Positions 40,317-50,804 of a DNA stretch of 64,000 nt are shown piece by piece. The translations under genes were made by a program, and so were the position numbers. Source of the DNA: an uncultured delta proteobacterium (GTDB lineage: Bacteria; Desulfobacterota; Syntrophobacteria; BM002); assembly GCA_963712115.1 (NCBI GenBank), contig CAVQGX010000020.1, positions 1 to 64,000 on the forward strand, read 5' to 3'. Under the pieces are notes generated by a model. That model searched no databases. It saw nothing but the letters and a program-made list of their open reading frames with translations, and was not told the origin of the DNA. Positions within the stretch are counted from its first letter, which is position 1. The number at the start of each line of letters is the position of its first letter.

Positions 40317-40742
40317 TCAAGCGGCCTTTGCTCCTGATCTTACTGGGCTTGGGCCCAGCTCCTTAATACGTTGGGTGAATTCCCGGGCGATCTCGGCAAA
40401 GCGAGTACCCTGGGCAGCGCTCAAATTGTACATCTCCACCCGCTCTGGCTCCATGCCAATTCCTTCAAGCACCTTCTTGACATAAGCCACCCGCTTTTTT
40501 GCCTTCAGATTGCCGGTAAGGTAGTGACAGTCGCCCTCCAGGCAGCCAGCCACATAAACCCCATCGGCGCCATCCTCTACGGCTTTGAGCAAGTGGAGGA
40601 TATCCACCCTGCCAGTGCAGGGCACATTGATGATCTTTACATTACTCGGGTAGTTCAATCTCATGGAACCTGCCAGGTCCGCAGCCGAGTAAGCTCAATA
40701 CATGCAACAAAATGCTATGATCTGCGGCTCGAAGTCTTTCAT
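40317..40742 (-). CDS. mvhD: MvhD/FlxD iron-sulfur protein with selenocysteine (UGA at 40695-40697), 141 aa
   Basis: MKDFEPQIIAFCCMY-TGA-AYSAADLAGS in frame with PCTGRVD..GCLEGDCHY. Confidence 0.9.
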
Positions 40743-40836
40743 CTTGTTCTCCCGATCGCTGTCAAACCACTAATTCCATTGTCTCTACATTTCCAAGCCT
40801 AATCCCTTGATAAAAGGGTTAATTGCTTGCCTAAAT

Positions 40837-43800
40837 TCACAACAACAAGGCGTCGCACTTGGCAATCAGCTGCCTGTCGGTGAAATGCTGCAAGGAGATA
40901 GCCTTGCCAGGGCATTCCGCCACGCAAGCACCGCAGCCACGACACCCAGCCGGGTCGATGACCGCAGCTCCTTCCTCGCCGATATATGGAACTCCGTAGG
41001 GACAGGTGCGCACGCAGGTCAAACAGACAGCGCACAGATCCGGTTCCACCACCGCCTTTACCGCCTCCAGGGTAATTATATCTTTGGCCAGGACAGTGGC
41101 CGCCCTTGCTGCAGCTGCCTGGGCTTGGGCTATGGATTCATCAATCGGTTTGGGATAATGGGCCAAGCCGCAAAGGAACAGGCCGTCGCTCCCCAGATCA
41201 ACCGGCCGCAGTTTCGCGTGGGCTTCCAGGAAGAAGCCTTCGGCGTTTTGCCCGAGTTTCAGGTGGCCGGCCACCTCTTTCGCCTCATTTGGCAGAATGG
41301 CGGCAGCCAGGACGAGCAGATCAGTGGGAATGATCACCTCACGATCCAAAATAGGATCGTGGACCTGAACCTTCAGCTGCCCATCCCCATTGCTTACCTG
41401 TGGCTTCTTTTCGAGAGAGTAGCGGATAAAGAACACTCCCTTTTCACGAGCCTCCTTGTAAAGATCCTCTCTGAATCCGTAGGTTCGAACATCCCGATAG
41501 AGGATGTAGACATCCATCTCCGGCTTGAGCTCTTTGAGCCTTAATGCACTCTCCATTGAGTGGGTGCAGCAGACTTTGCTGCAGTAAGGCCGCTCCGGCT
41601 CCCTCGAGCCTACACATTGGACAAATACCGCCTTGTCGGCCTTCTTAATGACGGCACCATTTTCTTTCAACAGTCCATCGAAATCCAAATGGGTGAAGAC
41701 CCGGTCGTCCTCCCCGTAGAGGTACTCTGTCGGCTGAAAAGGTTTACCACCTGTAGCTATCACGGTGACGCCGTGCTGAACGGTACTCTTCTGGGCAGGG
41801 TCTTCTGTATTTTCCAGAATTGTCTCAAAATTACCCACAAATCCGGCGTGGCCGCTGACTTTACTCTTAAAATGAACCGTTATCTTTTCGTGTTCTTGCA
41901 CGCGATTGACCAGTTGCTTTAAGAATTGACCGACATCCTCCCTTTTCCAAGTCTCTCGCAATTTCAGCGCATTACCTCCCAACTGGTCGGTCACCTCCGC
42001 CAGATCCACAGGGAATCCCTGGTCTGCCAGGGTGACGGCGGCCACCATGCCTGCAACTCCGCCTCCCACCACCAGAGCTGTCTTGTGGAGGCCGAGGGTA
42101 ACTGGTTGCAGCGGATCGAGCAGTGACGCCCTGGCCACTGCCATGCGCACCAGATCTTTGGCCTTTTCCGTGGCAGCTGGCTTATCTTGCTGATGCACCC
42201 AGGTATTCTGGTCACGAATGTTTGCCATCTCAAAAAGGTAGCGATTAAGTCCAACCTCACGGATGGTCTCTTGAAAGAGAGGCTCATGGGTCCGAGGTGA
42301 GCAAGCCGCCACCACCACTCGGTTGAGGTTGTTCTCTTGGACCGCCTCTCTCAGCCGCTCCTGGGTATCCTGGGAGCAGGTGAACAGGTTCTGGTCCACA
42401 TAGACTACATTGGGCAGTGTCTTGGCATATTCGGCCACAGCAGGAACATCGGCAACTCCGCCAATGTTTATCCCACAGTTGCAGACAAACACCCCCACAC
42501 GGGGATCCTCTCCTGTTACTGCACGTTCGGCGGGAAGCTCCTTAATTGTTGTCATACTATTGCGAGCTTCCTGCAAGGGGGTGGCAGCCGCGGCCGCGGC
42601 TGCGCTGGCCTCCATTACCGAAATGGGGATATCCTTACAATCTCTAAAGGAGCCACACACATAAATGCCGTCTCGGGAAGTTTTCACCGGCTCAAAACTG
42701 GAAGTCTCGGCAAAGTTGTAGTGATTCAGCTCGACATCTAGCCTTCCCGCCAAATCTATGGCGTGCTTGGATGGTTGCAACCCCACCGAAAGCACGATCA
42801 TATCGAATTCTTCGACTTTAATTAGACCGCTCTCATCAGCATATTGAACCTCCAGATTGTCATTATCGGCAGGGTCAATGGAGTGGATGCGGGAACGGAT
42901 GAAACGGACACCGTAATCATTTTTTGCCCGATTGTAATACTTCTCGAAATCCTTCCCGTAAGTACGCATATCCATAAAGAAGATCGCCGTATCCAGGGGC
43001 TCAGCTGAGTGCTCGTTGGCCACAATTGCTTCCTTGATCGCATACATACAGCATACTGCAGAGCAGTAACCGTTGTCGCAATGCTGCACGTTACGGGAGC
43101 CCACGCATTGGAGCCAGGCGATCTTCTGGGGCTCTTTGTGATCAGAAGGCCGGATCATGTGCCCCTGGAAAGGACCAGAGGCGCTGAGGATGCGCTCGAA
43201 TTCTATGCTGGTAACCACATTTGGATGTTTGCCGTAAAGATAGGTATCGATCACCGAGGGATCGAAGGTCTCGGCTCCTGGGGCAAGAATCACCGAGCCC
43301 ACATCCAGGCTGATCTCCTGCTCCTCCATCCAGTGCTCCACCGCCTGGGCCTGACAGGCAGCTACACAGGCGAAACATTCGCAGCAGGCCATGCAGTTGA
43401 GACATTTTGCCGCTTCAGTTTTGGCCTGCTCTTCAGTGAATCCCAACTCCACCTCGGCAAAACCGCCGGTTCTCTCTGCCATGCTAATGTGAGCCTGTTT
43501 GGCCCTGGGGATTTTTTCCATGTCTTCAGAAATGGGAACAAAATTTTCCTGGGGGAACTCAACCGGCTCCCGACCTGCTCCCAGATCTTCACCCCGAAGA
43601 TAGCGGGAAATCGATATGGCCGCTTCTCTACCGTGGGCCACGGCCCCGATGGCCACCCAGGGACCGGTATGGGCATCACCGCCGGCAAACACTCCCTCCA
43701 CATTGGTGGCAAAGGTCACAGCATCAGCTTCAATGGTACCCCAGCGGCTTATCTCCAAGCCCGAAGTATCGGCCAAAAAGGCTGATTCCGGTGTCTGACC

Positions 43801-45294
43801 GATGGCAGGCAGGACCCACTCGGTTTCCACAATAAATTCACTGCCAGGAACCGGCACCGGCCGTCTTCTGCCAGAAGAGTCCGGCTCTCCCAGTTCCATC
43901 TTGATGCACTGAACGCCGATCACCTTGTTGCCTTTGGTGAGAATCTGCTGGGGCGCGGTAAGATATTGGATGTCTATGCCTTCAGTCAAAGCATCCTCCA
44001 CCTCGTATTCGTAAGCCGGCATCTCAGCTCGAGTACGGCGATACAGGATGGTTACCTTGTCAGCCCCCAAACGCAAAGCAGAGCGGGCCGTATCAATGGC
44101 CACATTGCCACCGCCTACGATCACCGCCCTTCCTTCAAGCTTGGTTAGTTCACCCAGATTGACCCGGCGGAGAAAATCTACACTGGAAAGAACGCCCTCT
44201 CCGTCCTCGCCGGGAATGTTAAGTTGCAGGTCCTTGTGGGCACCGATGGCGAGGTAAACTGCCTTGTAGCCCTCTTTGAAAAGACCATCTATGGTCACAT
44301 CCCGACCCAAGGCAGTATTTAGCTTTATCTCCACGCCCAGACGGGTTATGGCCCTAATCTCCTTGTCCAAAACCTCAGGGGGCAAGCGATAGTCAGGAAT
44401 ACCCAAGCGCAACATGCCTCCGGCAACTGACTGAGCCTCGAACACAGTTGACTCATATCCCTCCAGGGCAAGAAAATGGGCAGCAGTAAGCCCCGCAGGA
44501 CCCGAGCCAATGATGGCCACCTTCTCATCCCGCCTTTCAATCTCAGGCAGAGGAATATCTTCAATGTCCACCTGATCAGCCACAAAACGCTTCAGGGCAC
44601 AAATGGAAATGGGTTCATCCACCTCACCCCGCCTGCAGGCTGCCTCACAAGGGTGGGGGCAGATGCGACCTATGGTTCCAGGGAAGGGCAGGGTCCTGAG
44701 GATGACCTCCATGGCCTCCCGGTATTTGCCCTGGGCAATGAGGGCCACATAAGCGTGAGCGTTTACATGATTGGGGCAACCATTGGTACAGGGGGAGCGA
44801 TCACGCTTGTCTATCATGTATCCCCCTGGGATGGCCTGAGCGTAGGGTTTGTAGGTGGCCTTCCTGGGCCCAATGGACTCGTCGAACTCGCTGGGCATAG
44901 TCACCGGACAAACCTCGGTGCAATCACCGCAACCGGTGCACTTATCCAGACTTATGTACCTGGGTCTCTGCCGAACTTTGACCTGTAAGTTTCCTTGTTC
45001 ACCGCTGACGCTTTCTAGCTCGGCGCAGGTGAGCAGGTTGATATTTGGATGCTGCCCACATTCCACCAATTTGGGGGATATGATGCACATGGAGCAATCA
45101 TTGGTGGGAAAGGTCTTGTCCAACTGGGCCATAATGCCACCGATGGCAGGGGACTTTTCCACCAGGTAAACAAAAAAACCGGAATTTGCCAGGTCCAAAG
45201 CCGCCTGGATTCCGGCGATGCCTCCGCCTGCTACCATAACCGAGCCTACCACACCGTTTCCTGAACGGGCCTTTTCAGCGCACATCTGCAACAC
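40837..45294 (-). CDS. hdrA: HdrL-type large HdrA (two HdrA modules with inserted GltD/NfnB-like NAD(P)H oxidoreductase)
   Basis: GGGIAG, DKTFPTNDC, GRICPHPCE, GSGPAG, GGGNVA, two QCVGSR..CS.VCC, C-terminal ferredoxin; start may be 45285. Confidence 0.9.
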   Translation of the reverse strand: MLQMCAEKARSGNGVVGSVMVAGGGIAGIQAALDLANSGFFVYLVEKSPAIGGIMAQLDKTFPTNDCSMCIISPKLVECGQHPNINLLTCAELESVSGEQGNLQVKVRQRPRYISLDKCTGCGDCTEVCPVTMPSEFDESIGPRKATYKPYAQAIPGGYMIDKRDRSPCTNGCPNHVNAHAYVALIAQGKYREAMEVILRTLPFPGTIGRICPHPCEAACRRGEVDEPISICALKRFVADQVDIEDIPLPEIERRDEKVAIIGSGPAGLTAAHFLALEGYESTVFEAQSVAGGMLRLGIPDYRLPPEVLDKEIRAITRLGVEIKLNTALGRDVTIDGLFKEGYKAVYLAIGAHKDLQLNIPGEDGEGVLSSVDFLRRVNLGELTKLEGRAVIVGGGNVAIDTARSALRLGADKVTILYRRTRAEMPAYEYEVEDALTEGIDIQYLTAPQQILTKGNKVIGVQCIKMELGEPDSSGRRRPVPVPGSEFIVETEWVLPAIGQTPESAFLADTSGLEISRWGTIEADAVTFATNVEGVFAGGDAHTGPWVAIGAVAHGREAAISISRYLRGEDLGAGREPVEFPQENFVPISEDMEKIPRAKQAHISMAERTGGFAEVELGFTEEQAKTEAAKCLNCMACCECFACVAACQAQAVEHWMEEQEISLDVGSVILAPGAETFDPSVIDTYLYGKHPNVVTSIEFERILSASGPFQGHMIRPSDHKEPQKIAWLQCVGSRNVQHCDNGYCSAVCCMYAIKEAIVANEHSAEPLDTAIFFMDMRTYGKDFEKYYNRAKNDYGVRFIRSRIHSIDPADNDNLEVQYADESGLIKVEEFDMIVLSVGLQPSKHAIDLAGRLDVELNHYNFAETSSFEPVKTSRDGIYVCGSFRDCKDIPISVMEASAAAAAAATPLQEARNSMTTIKELPAERAVTGEDPRVGVFVCNCGINIGGVADVPAVAEYAKTLPNVVYVDQNLFTCSQDTQERLREAVQENNLNRVVVAACSPRTHEPLFQETIREVGLNRYLFEMANIRDQNTWVHQQDKPAATEKAKDLVRMAVARASLLDPLQPVTLGLHKTALVVGGGVAGMVAAVTLADQGFPVDLAEVTDQLGGNALKLRETWKREDVGQFLKQLVNRVQEHEKITVHFKSKVSGHAGFVGNFETILENTEDPAQKSTVQHGVTVIATGGKPFQPTEYLYGEDDRVFTHLDFDGLLKENGAVIKKADKAVFVQCVGSREPERPYCSKVCCTHSMESALRLKELKPEMDVYILYRDVRTYGFREDLYKEAREKGVFFIRYSLEKKPQVSNGDGQLKVQVHDPILDREVIIPTDLLVLAAAILPNEAKEVAGHLKLGQNAEGFFLEAHAKLRPVDLGSDGLFLCGLAHYPKPIDESIAQAQAAAARAATVLAKDIITLEAVKAVVEPDLCAVCLTCVRTCPYGVPYIGEEGAAVIDPAGCRGCGACVAECPGKAISLQHFTDRQLIAKCDALLL

Positions 45295-45889
45295 TCCTGT
45301 AAAATCTTACTCTTGGCTGAGGGTTCTTAGGTATGATTATCAAGATGTTATCCAAACTACTCAGGGGCATAAATTGGAAAGGCGCTCTATTATAACTCAA
45401 AACACACGTGAAGAAAAGAACATATTATGTTACTTGTAAATTAAAATGACAAGTCTGTTACAGAATCGTCAAAAGTCGGTTCCTCAAAAAATGATTTGGT
45501 TGAATGTCTGCAAGATCTATAAAATGAGTGATACACAACGGCCGGAATGGCCCCTGCAAGGGACTTTAGTGCTTCTTCCCTTACGAGGGCATGACTCTTA
45601 TCTTTCTTGGAAAGACTGGAGCTTTTCTGGCCTGCGTTCTTGGAGTGAAATGGCCCTCTACTTAATAGATAATTCCCCCTTACCTGTCAAGGGGAAAGCC
45701 GGTAAAACTGGCTGACACTGAATCGCGGCTAGCCTCCCGCATAAAGGGCCGACGCCCAGGAAGTAAAGCCGCACCCGCAAAGACAAGGTCTCTTCACTTA
45801 CCCCGTATGAAGAGAAAATACTACACGCATAGCGCAGCACTTAGAGCTCTCAAATAATGCACTCCAACCACTACGCTATGCTCTATGCG

Positions 45890-46777
45890 CTATATAAGCT
45901 TATTGTGAACCTTGCAAGCGTGAACCGTATTTTTCATCAGCATGGTGATGGTCATGGGGCCAACGCCGCCCGGCACCGGGGTGATTGCTGAGGCCACTTC
46001 AGATGCCTCGTCAAAAGCCACATCACCTTTTAGTATGCGCTTGCCGTCTGCGGTCCGCCCCACTTCGTTGACTCCCACATCAATGACTACCGCCCCGGGC
46101 TTGATCATGTTGCCCTTGATGTATTCCGGCACACCGGCGGCAACAATCAGGATATCGGCCCGTTTGGTATGGAAGGCCACATCCTTGGTGCGGGTGTGCA
46201 CAACGGTGACGGTGGCATTGGCAGCGGGTCCCTTCTGCATAAGCATGGCGGCAATGGGCTTGCCCACTATGTTGGAACGGCCAACTACCACTACCTCCGC
46301 CCCCTCAACCGGGGCGCCGGAGCGAGCGAGCAACTCCTGGATACCGAAGGGAGTGCAGGGACTGTAGTAGGGGTTACCTATCAAGAGTTTGCCCACATTG
46401 GTGGGGTGGAAACCGTCCACATCCTTGTCCGGGTCTATGGACAGAAGTACTCTCTGATCGTTAATGTGTTTGGGCAGGGGAAGTTGCACCAAGATGCCAT
46501 GGATTTCTGGATCCTTGTTGTACTTGTCGATGAGACCAAGTAGGGCTTCCTCGCCCAGGTCAGCAGGCTGATTATCCTGGATGGAATGAAAACCGAGCTC
46601 GTGGGCGGTCTTCTGCTTGGCGCGGACATAGCTCTCGGAAGCCGGGTCTTCGCCCACCAAAATGGTGACCAGACCGGGTGTTACCCCATGCTTCGCCTTT
46701 AGCTCGTCTACCTCTTTCTTGAGTTGCTCGCGGATCTCTTTGGCGACTTCAGCGCCTTTGAGCAGTTTAGCAGCCAT
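45890..46777 (-). CDS. folD: Methylene-THF dehydrogenase/methenyl-THF cyclohydrolase
   Basis: QLPLP, KDVDGFHP, GRSNIVGKP, PVPGGVGPMT; AAGGAGGAGG RBS before ATG 46777. Confidence 0.96.
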   Translation of the reverse strand: MAAKLLKGAEVAKEIREQLKKEVDELKAKHGVTPGLVTILVGEDPASESYVRAKQKTAHELGFHSIQDNQPADLGEEALLGLIDKYNKDPEIHGILVQLPLPKHINDQRVLLSIDPDKDVDGFHPTNVGKLLIGNPYYSPCTPFGIQELLARSGAPVEGAEVVVVGRSNIVGKPIAAMLMQKGPAANATVTVVHTRTKDVAFHTKRADILIVAAGVPEYIKGNMIKPGAVVIDVGVNEVGRTADGKRILKGDVAFDEASEVASAITPVPGGVGPMTITMLMKNTVHACKVHNKLI

Positions 46778-46790
46778 AACCTCCTCCTTC

Positions 46791-46829
46791 AAAAAAAGGC
46801 GAGGCAGGGCGATGGTGCCCTGCCTGCCA
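46791..46829 (-). terminator. Terminator-like hairpin between fhs and folD
   Basis: AGGCAGGGC-ACCATC-GCCCTGCCT then CGCC and T7. Confidence 0.6.
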
Positions 46830-46934
46830 ACTTCAGACAACCTTGAACTGGATCTGTTTTCCAGTTCCCTGTCCGTGTTTGTCTACCTTCAGGACCGATC
46901 TTCCCTGAGGGACGGCCTTCTCAGGCAAACTCCC

Positions 46935-48698
46935 CTAGAACAGTCCGGTGACCTTGCCGGTGTCAACATCCACATCCACCTTGCGGAAGGCCGGGTTGGA
47001 GCTGGTTCCCGGCATCAGACTGATGGTACCGCAGCAGGGGCAGAGGAACTTGGCGCCCGAGAAGATCAAGACGTCGCGAACGGGAAGAGTCCACCCCTTG
47101 GGCGTACCCTTCACCGCCGGATCGTGGGTTAGGGAAAGATGGGTCTTCACCATCATGGTGGTGTAGTCATCGTACTTGGGATCGGACTCGAGCATCTTGG
47201 CCTTGGCCTCGGCATCAGGAGTCCAGGCCACACCATCGGCACCGTAGACGTTCTTGGCGATGGTCTCGACCCGTTCACGGAGCTTCATTTCCAGGGGGTA
47301 GAGGAACTTGAAATCGGCCTTCTCCTCGCAAGCCTCGATGACCGCATCGGCATACTCCAGAGCGCCGTCGCCGCCATCGGCCCAGTGGGTAGAAACTGCG
47401 CAGCGGGCTCCAGCTTCCTCAGCATACTTGCGCACCAGGGCGATTTCGTCCTTGGTGTCGGTGTGGAAGCAGTTAATGCAGACCACCGGGTTGATGCCGG
47501 ACATTCTGATGGTGTTGATGTGGTGCACCATGTTGGCCACACCCTGTTCCAGCAATTTTAGATCTTCTTTCCTGTACTCGTCGGGAAGGGCCAAGCCGGC
47601 CACCACCTTGGGTCCGCCGCCGTGCATCTTCAGAGCGCGGATGGTGGTGGTGAGCACGGATACGTGGGGCTTCAAACCGCTGTAGCGGCACTTGACGTTC
47701 CAGAACTTCTCAAAGCCGATATCAGCACCGAAGCCGGACTCGGTGAGGTGGTAGTCAAACATCTTGAGTCCAATGCGGTCGGCGATGATGGAGCTCTGGC
47801 CCACGGCGATGTTGGCGAAGGGGCCAGCATGAACCAACAGGGGCTGATACTCCACCGTGGAGCACAGGGTGGGGTTGATGGTGTTTCGCATCCAGGCGGT
47901 CATGGCATTTCCCACTTCCAGATCGCCGGTGGTCACCACCTTGCCCCGCTTGTCAAAGGCAACGGTAATGTTATTCAGTTTTTCACGCAGATCCGGGAGA
48001 TCCCGCACGATGGAGAGGATGGCCATAAGCTCGGAGCTTACCGCAATGCCGAACCTGGACTGCATCATAAAGCCGTCCATGCGTCCACCCAAGCCGATGA
48101 TGATATTCCGCAGGGACTGGGCGCAAAGATCCATAATCCACCCCATCTCCACCCGGGTGGGATCGATGTCAAGCCGCTTCATTTTCGTCAAGCGAGCAAG
48201 CTGCTCGTCATTGTAGTTGCGCTCGTGCTGCATCCTGGCGGTAAGCGCAACCATGGCCAGGTTGTGGGCGTTCATGATGTCATTGATGTCGCCGGTGAGG
48301 CCGGTGGAAAACTCCGTCAGGGGAATAATCAGGGCATTGCCGCCGCCAGCAGCGCTCCCCTTGATATTCATGGTGGGGCCGCCAGAGGGTTGCCTAATAC
48401 AGCCGCCCACATTCACCTTCCGCTTGCCCAGACCTTCCATGAGGCCTATGGTGCTGGTGCTCTTACCCTCACCTAGCGGGGTAGGGGTAATGGCGGTAAC
48501 CTCGATGTACTTGCCATCGGGTTGGTCCTTGAGCCGATCCATGATCTTCATGAAGTCTAATTTGCACAATCTTCCCATTGGCAGGATTTCGTCCTTTTCC
48601 AGGCCCATCTTTTCCCGCCATTCATCGGGAGTAGGCATGTTCTTTTCAGACTCTTCCGAGATCTGCCAATCTTGCATCTTTACTGCATCGTAAGCCAT
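46935..48698 (-). CDS. fhs: Formate-tetrahydrofolate ligase
   Basis: [39 protein letters not shown]. Confidence 0.97.
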   Translation of the reverse strand: MAYDAVKMQDWQISEESEKNMPTPDEWREKMGLEKDEILPMGRLCKLDFMKIMDRLKDQPDGKYIEVTAITPTPLGEGKSTSTIGLMEGLGKRKVNVGGCIRQPSGGPTMNIKGSAAGGGNALIIPLTEFSTGLTGDINDIMNAHNLAMVALTARMQHERNYNDEQLARLTKMKRLDIDPTRVEMGWIMDLCAQSLRNIIIGLGGRMDGFMMQSRFGIAVSSELMAILSIVRDLPDLREKLNNITVAFDKRGKVVTTGDLEVGNAMTAWMRNTINPTLCSTVEYQPLLVHAGPFANIAVGQSSIIADRIGLKMFDYHLTESGFGADIGFEKFWNVKCRYSGLKPHVSVLTTTIRALKMHGGGPKVVAGLALPDEYRKEDLKLLEQGVANMVHHINTIRMSGINPVVCINCFHTDTKDEIALVRKYAEEAGARCAVSTHWADGGDGALEYADAVIEACEEKADFKFLYPLEMKLRERVETIAKNVYGADGVAWTPDAEAKAKMLESDPKYDDYTTMMVKTHLSLTHDPAVKGTPKGWTLPVRDVLIFSGAKFLCPCCGTISLMPGTSSNPAFRKVDVDVDTGKVTGLF

Positions 48699-49375
48699 AG
48701 GAACCTCCTTACCTCCTTGGTTAGTTTAAATGCTCTTACAGGCATCATGGTGTAATAACCTGTTTACTGCCGTCATCACCTCCTTTTGCCAATATTATTA
48801 AAAAACTGTGTCTTGTTCCGGTGCCATAACGGTTTAACCTACCAAGAACCTGCAAACATAGACCGTCTAGAGCGTAAGGCACCGCAAATAGACAATTCTC
48901 TACGACCTAGAATTATGGTTGGGGATTTTGGGGTTAGAACTCCAGGTTTAGAGGCGCAAATAACTTCTGCCTTTACACACCTATAGTATCTGCCTGTGTT
49001 TAGCGACCAACTAGAATCACGGCACGGACAGGTTTTAAGGCATTTGCTCTTGTCTGATAAGCTCAAACAAAATGGTGCGAACGAAAACCAAAGAACACTT
49101 TTGGAGGATTGGTAGCAGGGCTACCTAATGAGAAAATACATTTTTTCACATTGTTTATCAGAGATTTATGTCAGGTAAAACTTTTTGTCAAGCCAAAAAT
49201 GAATTCACCTGGCTAGCTGAGCCTAGAGAGCGCAAAAAATCCGTTGAATTTTGAGGTGTTTTTCTCTATAGTAGCCACCAGATTCCTATAGAGAAATCAA
49301 TGAGTTTATAAAGTTATCACCTTCCACCAGCTTCCGGATTACCAAGCTAAACTGGTGGGGAAAAGAGGTTTGCCC

Positions 49376-50713
49376 ATGGACTCCCTGTGGCCCCAGGTGC
49401 GCAGGGTTCTGAAAGAAACTCTAAGCTCTGAGCAGTTTCTGCAGTGGATTGAGGTCCTGAAGGTTACTACCCTTCAAAGCGGCCACCTTGTATTGCAGGC
49501 TCCCAGCCGATTCCATTACTACTGGATTCAAGAACATTACCTTTCAACCATCCAAGCATGCTGCCGAAAGGTGGATAGCAGTATAAGGGTCATCCTGCAA
49601 ATGCCTGATGGTCGGCGCAAATCCTCTCAAGGGGCTCATCCATCTCTTGGCAATGTTCCACTAGTTACAGTCTTTGATGGCGCTCAGACTTTCGAAACCT
49701 ATGTAGTTGCTCCCTTTAACCGCTTTGCCTATGCTGCAGCCAGAGATCTCTGTAGGGACCTTGCCCCCAAATTCAATCCTTTATTCATTGAGGGCCCTCC
49801 TGGGTTGGGCAAAACCCATCTTCTCCACGCTATCGGCAATGGTTGGCAAGCCGACAGCGATGGGGAAGTAGCCTATATGAGTTGCAGGAATCTCCTGGTT
49901 TACGGTCCGGCTCTACCCCCCATTCCTTATGATGTACTCTGGCAAACCCTCGGTACCGTCAAGATTCTTTTGGTTGATGATATCCACCAATTGCCCGCTG
50001 AAGGCAACTTCCAGAGACAGATGCGAGAGATTTTTAACTGGTGCTATGACTCTGGCACCCAGATGGTTTTTGCCGCCACTCGCTTGCCGCACCAGATTCC
50101 AAATCTAACCCTAGGCCTTCGCTCTCGCTTAGGCTGGGGCCTAATAGCGCGAATAAGAGAGCCCGACTTAGAAGGTTGCTATCAGGTGATTGAGTCTTTT
50201 TTAGGTGAAAGTAAGGTACCTATTTCCCACGATATTTTACGTTATCTCTCAGAGCAAGGTCCTCTCAATTTTCACGAGATTAAAGACTTTGTAGAAAAGT
50301 TGCAAGAGATTGTTGAAAAAGAAGGCGCTCTCCCAAGCCTCAAAGATAGATCTCTGGCTATCCACGGAGATGTATCCCCGAGACCGGAGAGGTTATCCAT
50401 TCATGCTATTCAAAAGGAAGTTTGCCATGCCTACGGCGTATCATTAGAGGCTTTGCCAGGAGCAACCAAAGCTCGGCCCCTGGTGATCGCCCGGCAAGTT
50501 GGCATGTATCTCGGCAGAAAGCTTACTGGCTCCACCTATGCTTCAATTGGTGCTTCTTTTGGAGGAAGGGATCATTCTACGGTGATCTATGCATGCCGAA
50601 AGGTGCGAGGCGAGATGAGAAGAAATCGTGCCTTTGCCGAGCGAATCGTCGAAATTGAAAAAAGATTATTAGATTCTTACAAGGAAAAATCTATTGTAAA
50701 TTCAAATTCTTAA
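49376..50713 (+). CDS. dnaA: Divergent chromosomal replication initiator DnaA
   Basis: NPLFIEGPPGLGKTHLL, LVDDI, RSRLGWGL, FGGRDHSTVIYA; directly upstream of dnaN. Confidence 0.85.
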   Translation: MDSLWPQVRRVLKETLSSEQFLQWIEVLKVTTLQSGHLVLQAPSRFHYYWIQEHYLSTIQACCRKVDSSIRVILQMPDGRRKSSQGAHPSLGNVPLVTVFDGAQTFETYVVAPFNRFAYAAARDLCRDLAPKFNPLFIEGPPGLGKTHLLHAIGNGWQADSDGEVAYMSCRNLLVYGPALPPIPYDVLWQTLGTVKILLVDDIHQLPAEGNFQRQMREIFNWCYDSGTQMVFAATRLPHQIPNLTLGLRSRLGWGLIARIREPDLEGCYQVIESFLGESKVPISHDILRYLSEQGPLNFHEIKDFVEKLQEIVEKEGALPSLKDRSLAIHGDVSPRPERLSIHAIQKEVCHAYGVSLEALPGATKARPLVIARQVGMYLGRKLTGSTYASIGASFGGRDHSTVIYACRKVRGEMRRNRAFAERIVEIEKRLLDSYKEKSIVNSNS

Positions 50714-50804
50714 TCATACTATTTACAAATTTACAGACCTTATAATTAAAATTAGAAATACTACTTTAATATAAATAATCAAAGTTTGTTACCAAGGAGG
50801 AATA

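Noticed and set aside
48700-49354. ZTP or THF riboswitch upstream of fhs
   Set aside because: Consensus elements not seen on the minus strand
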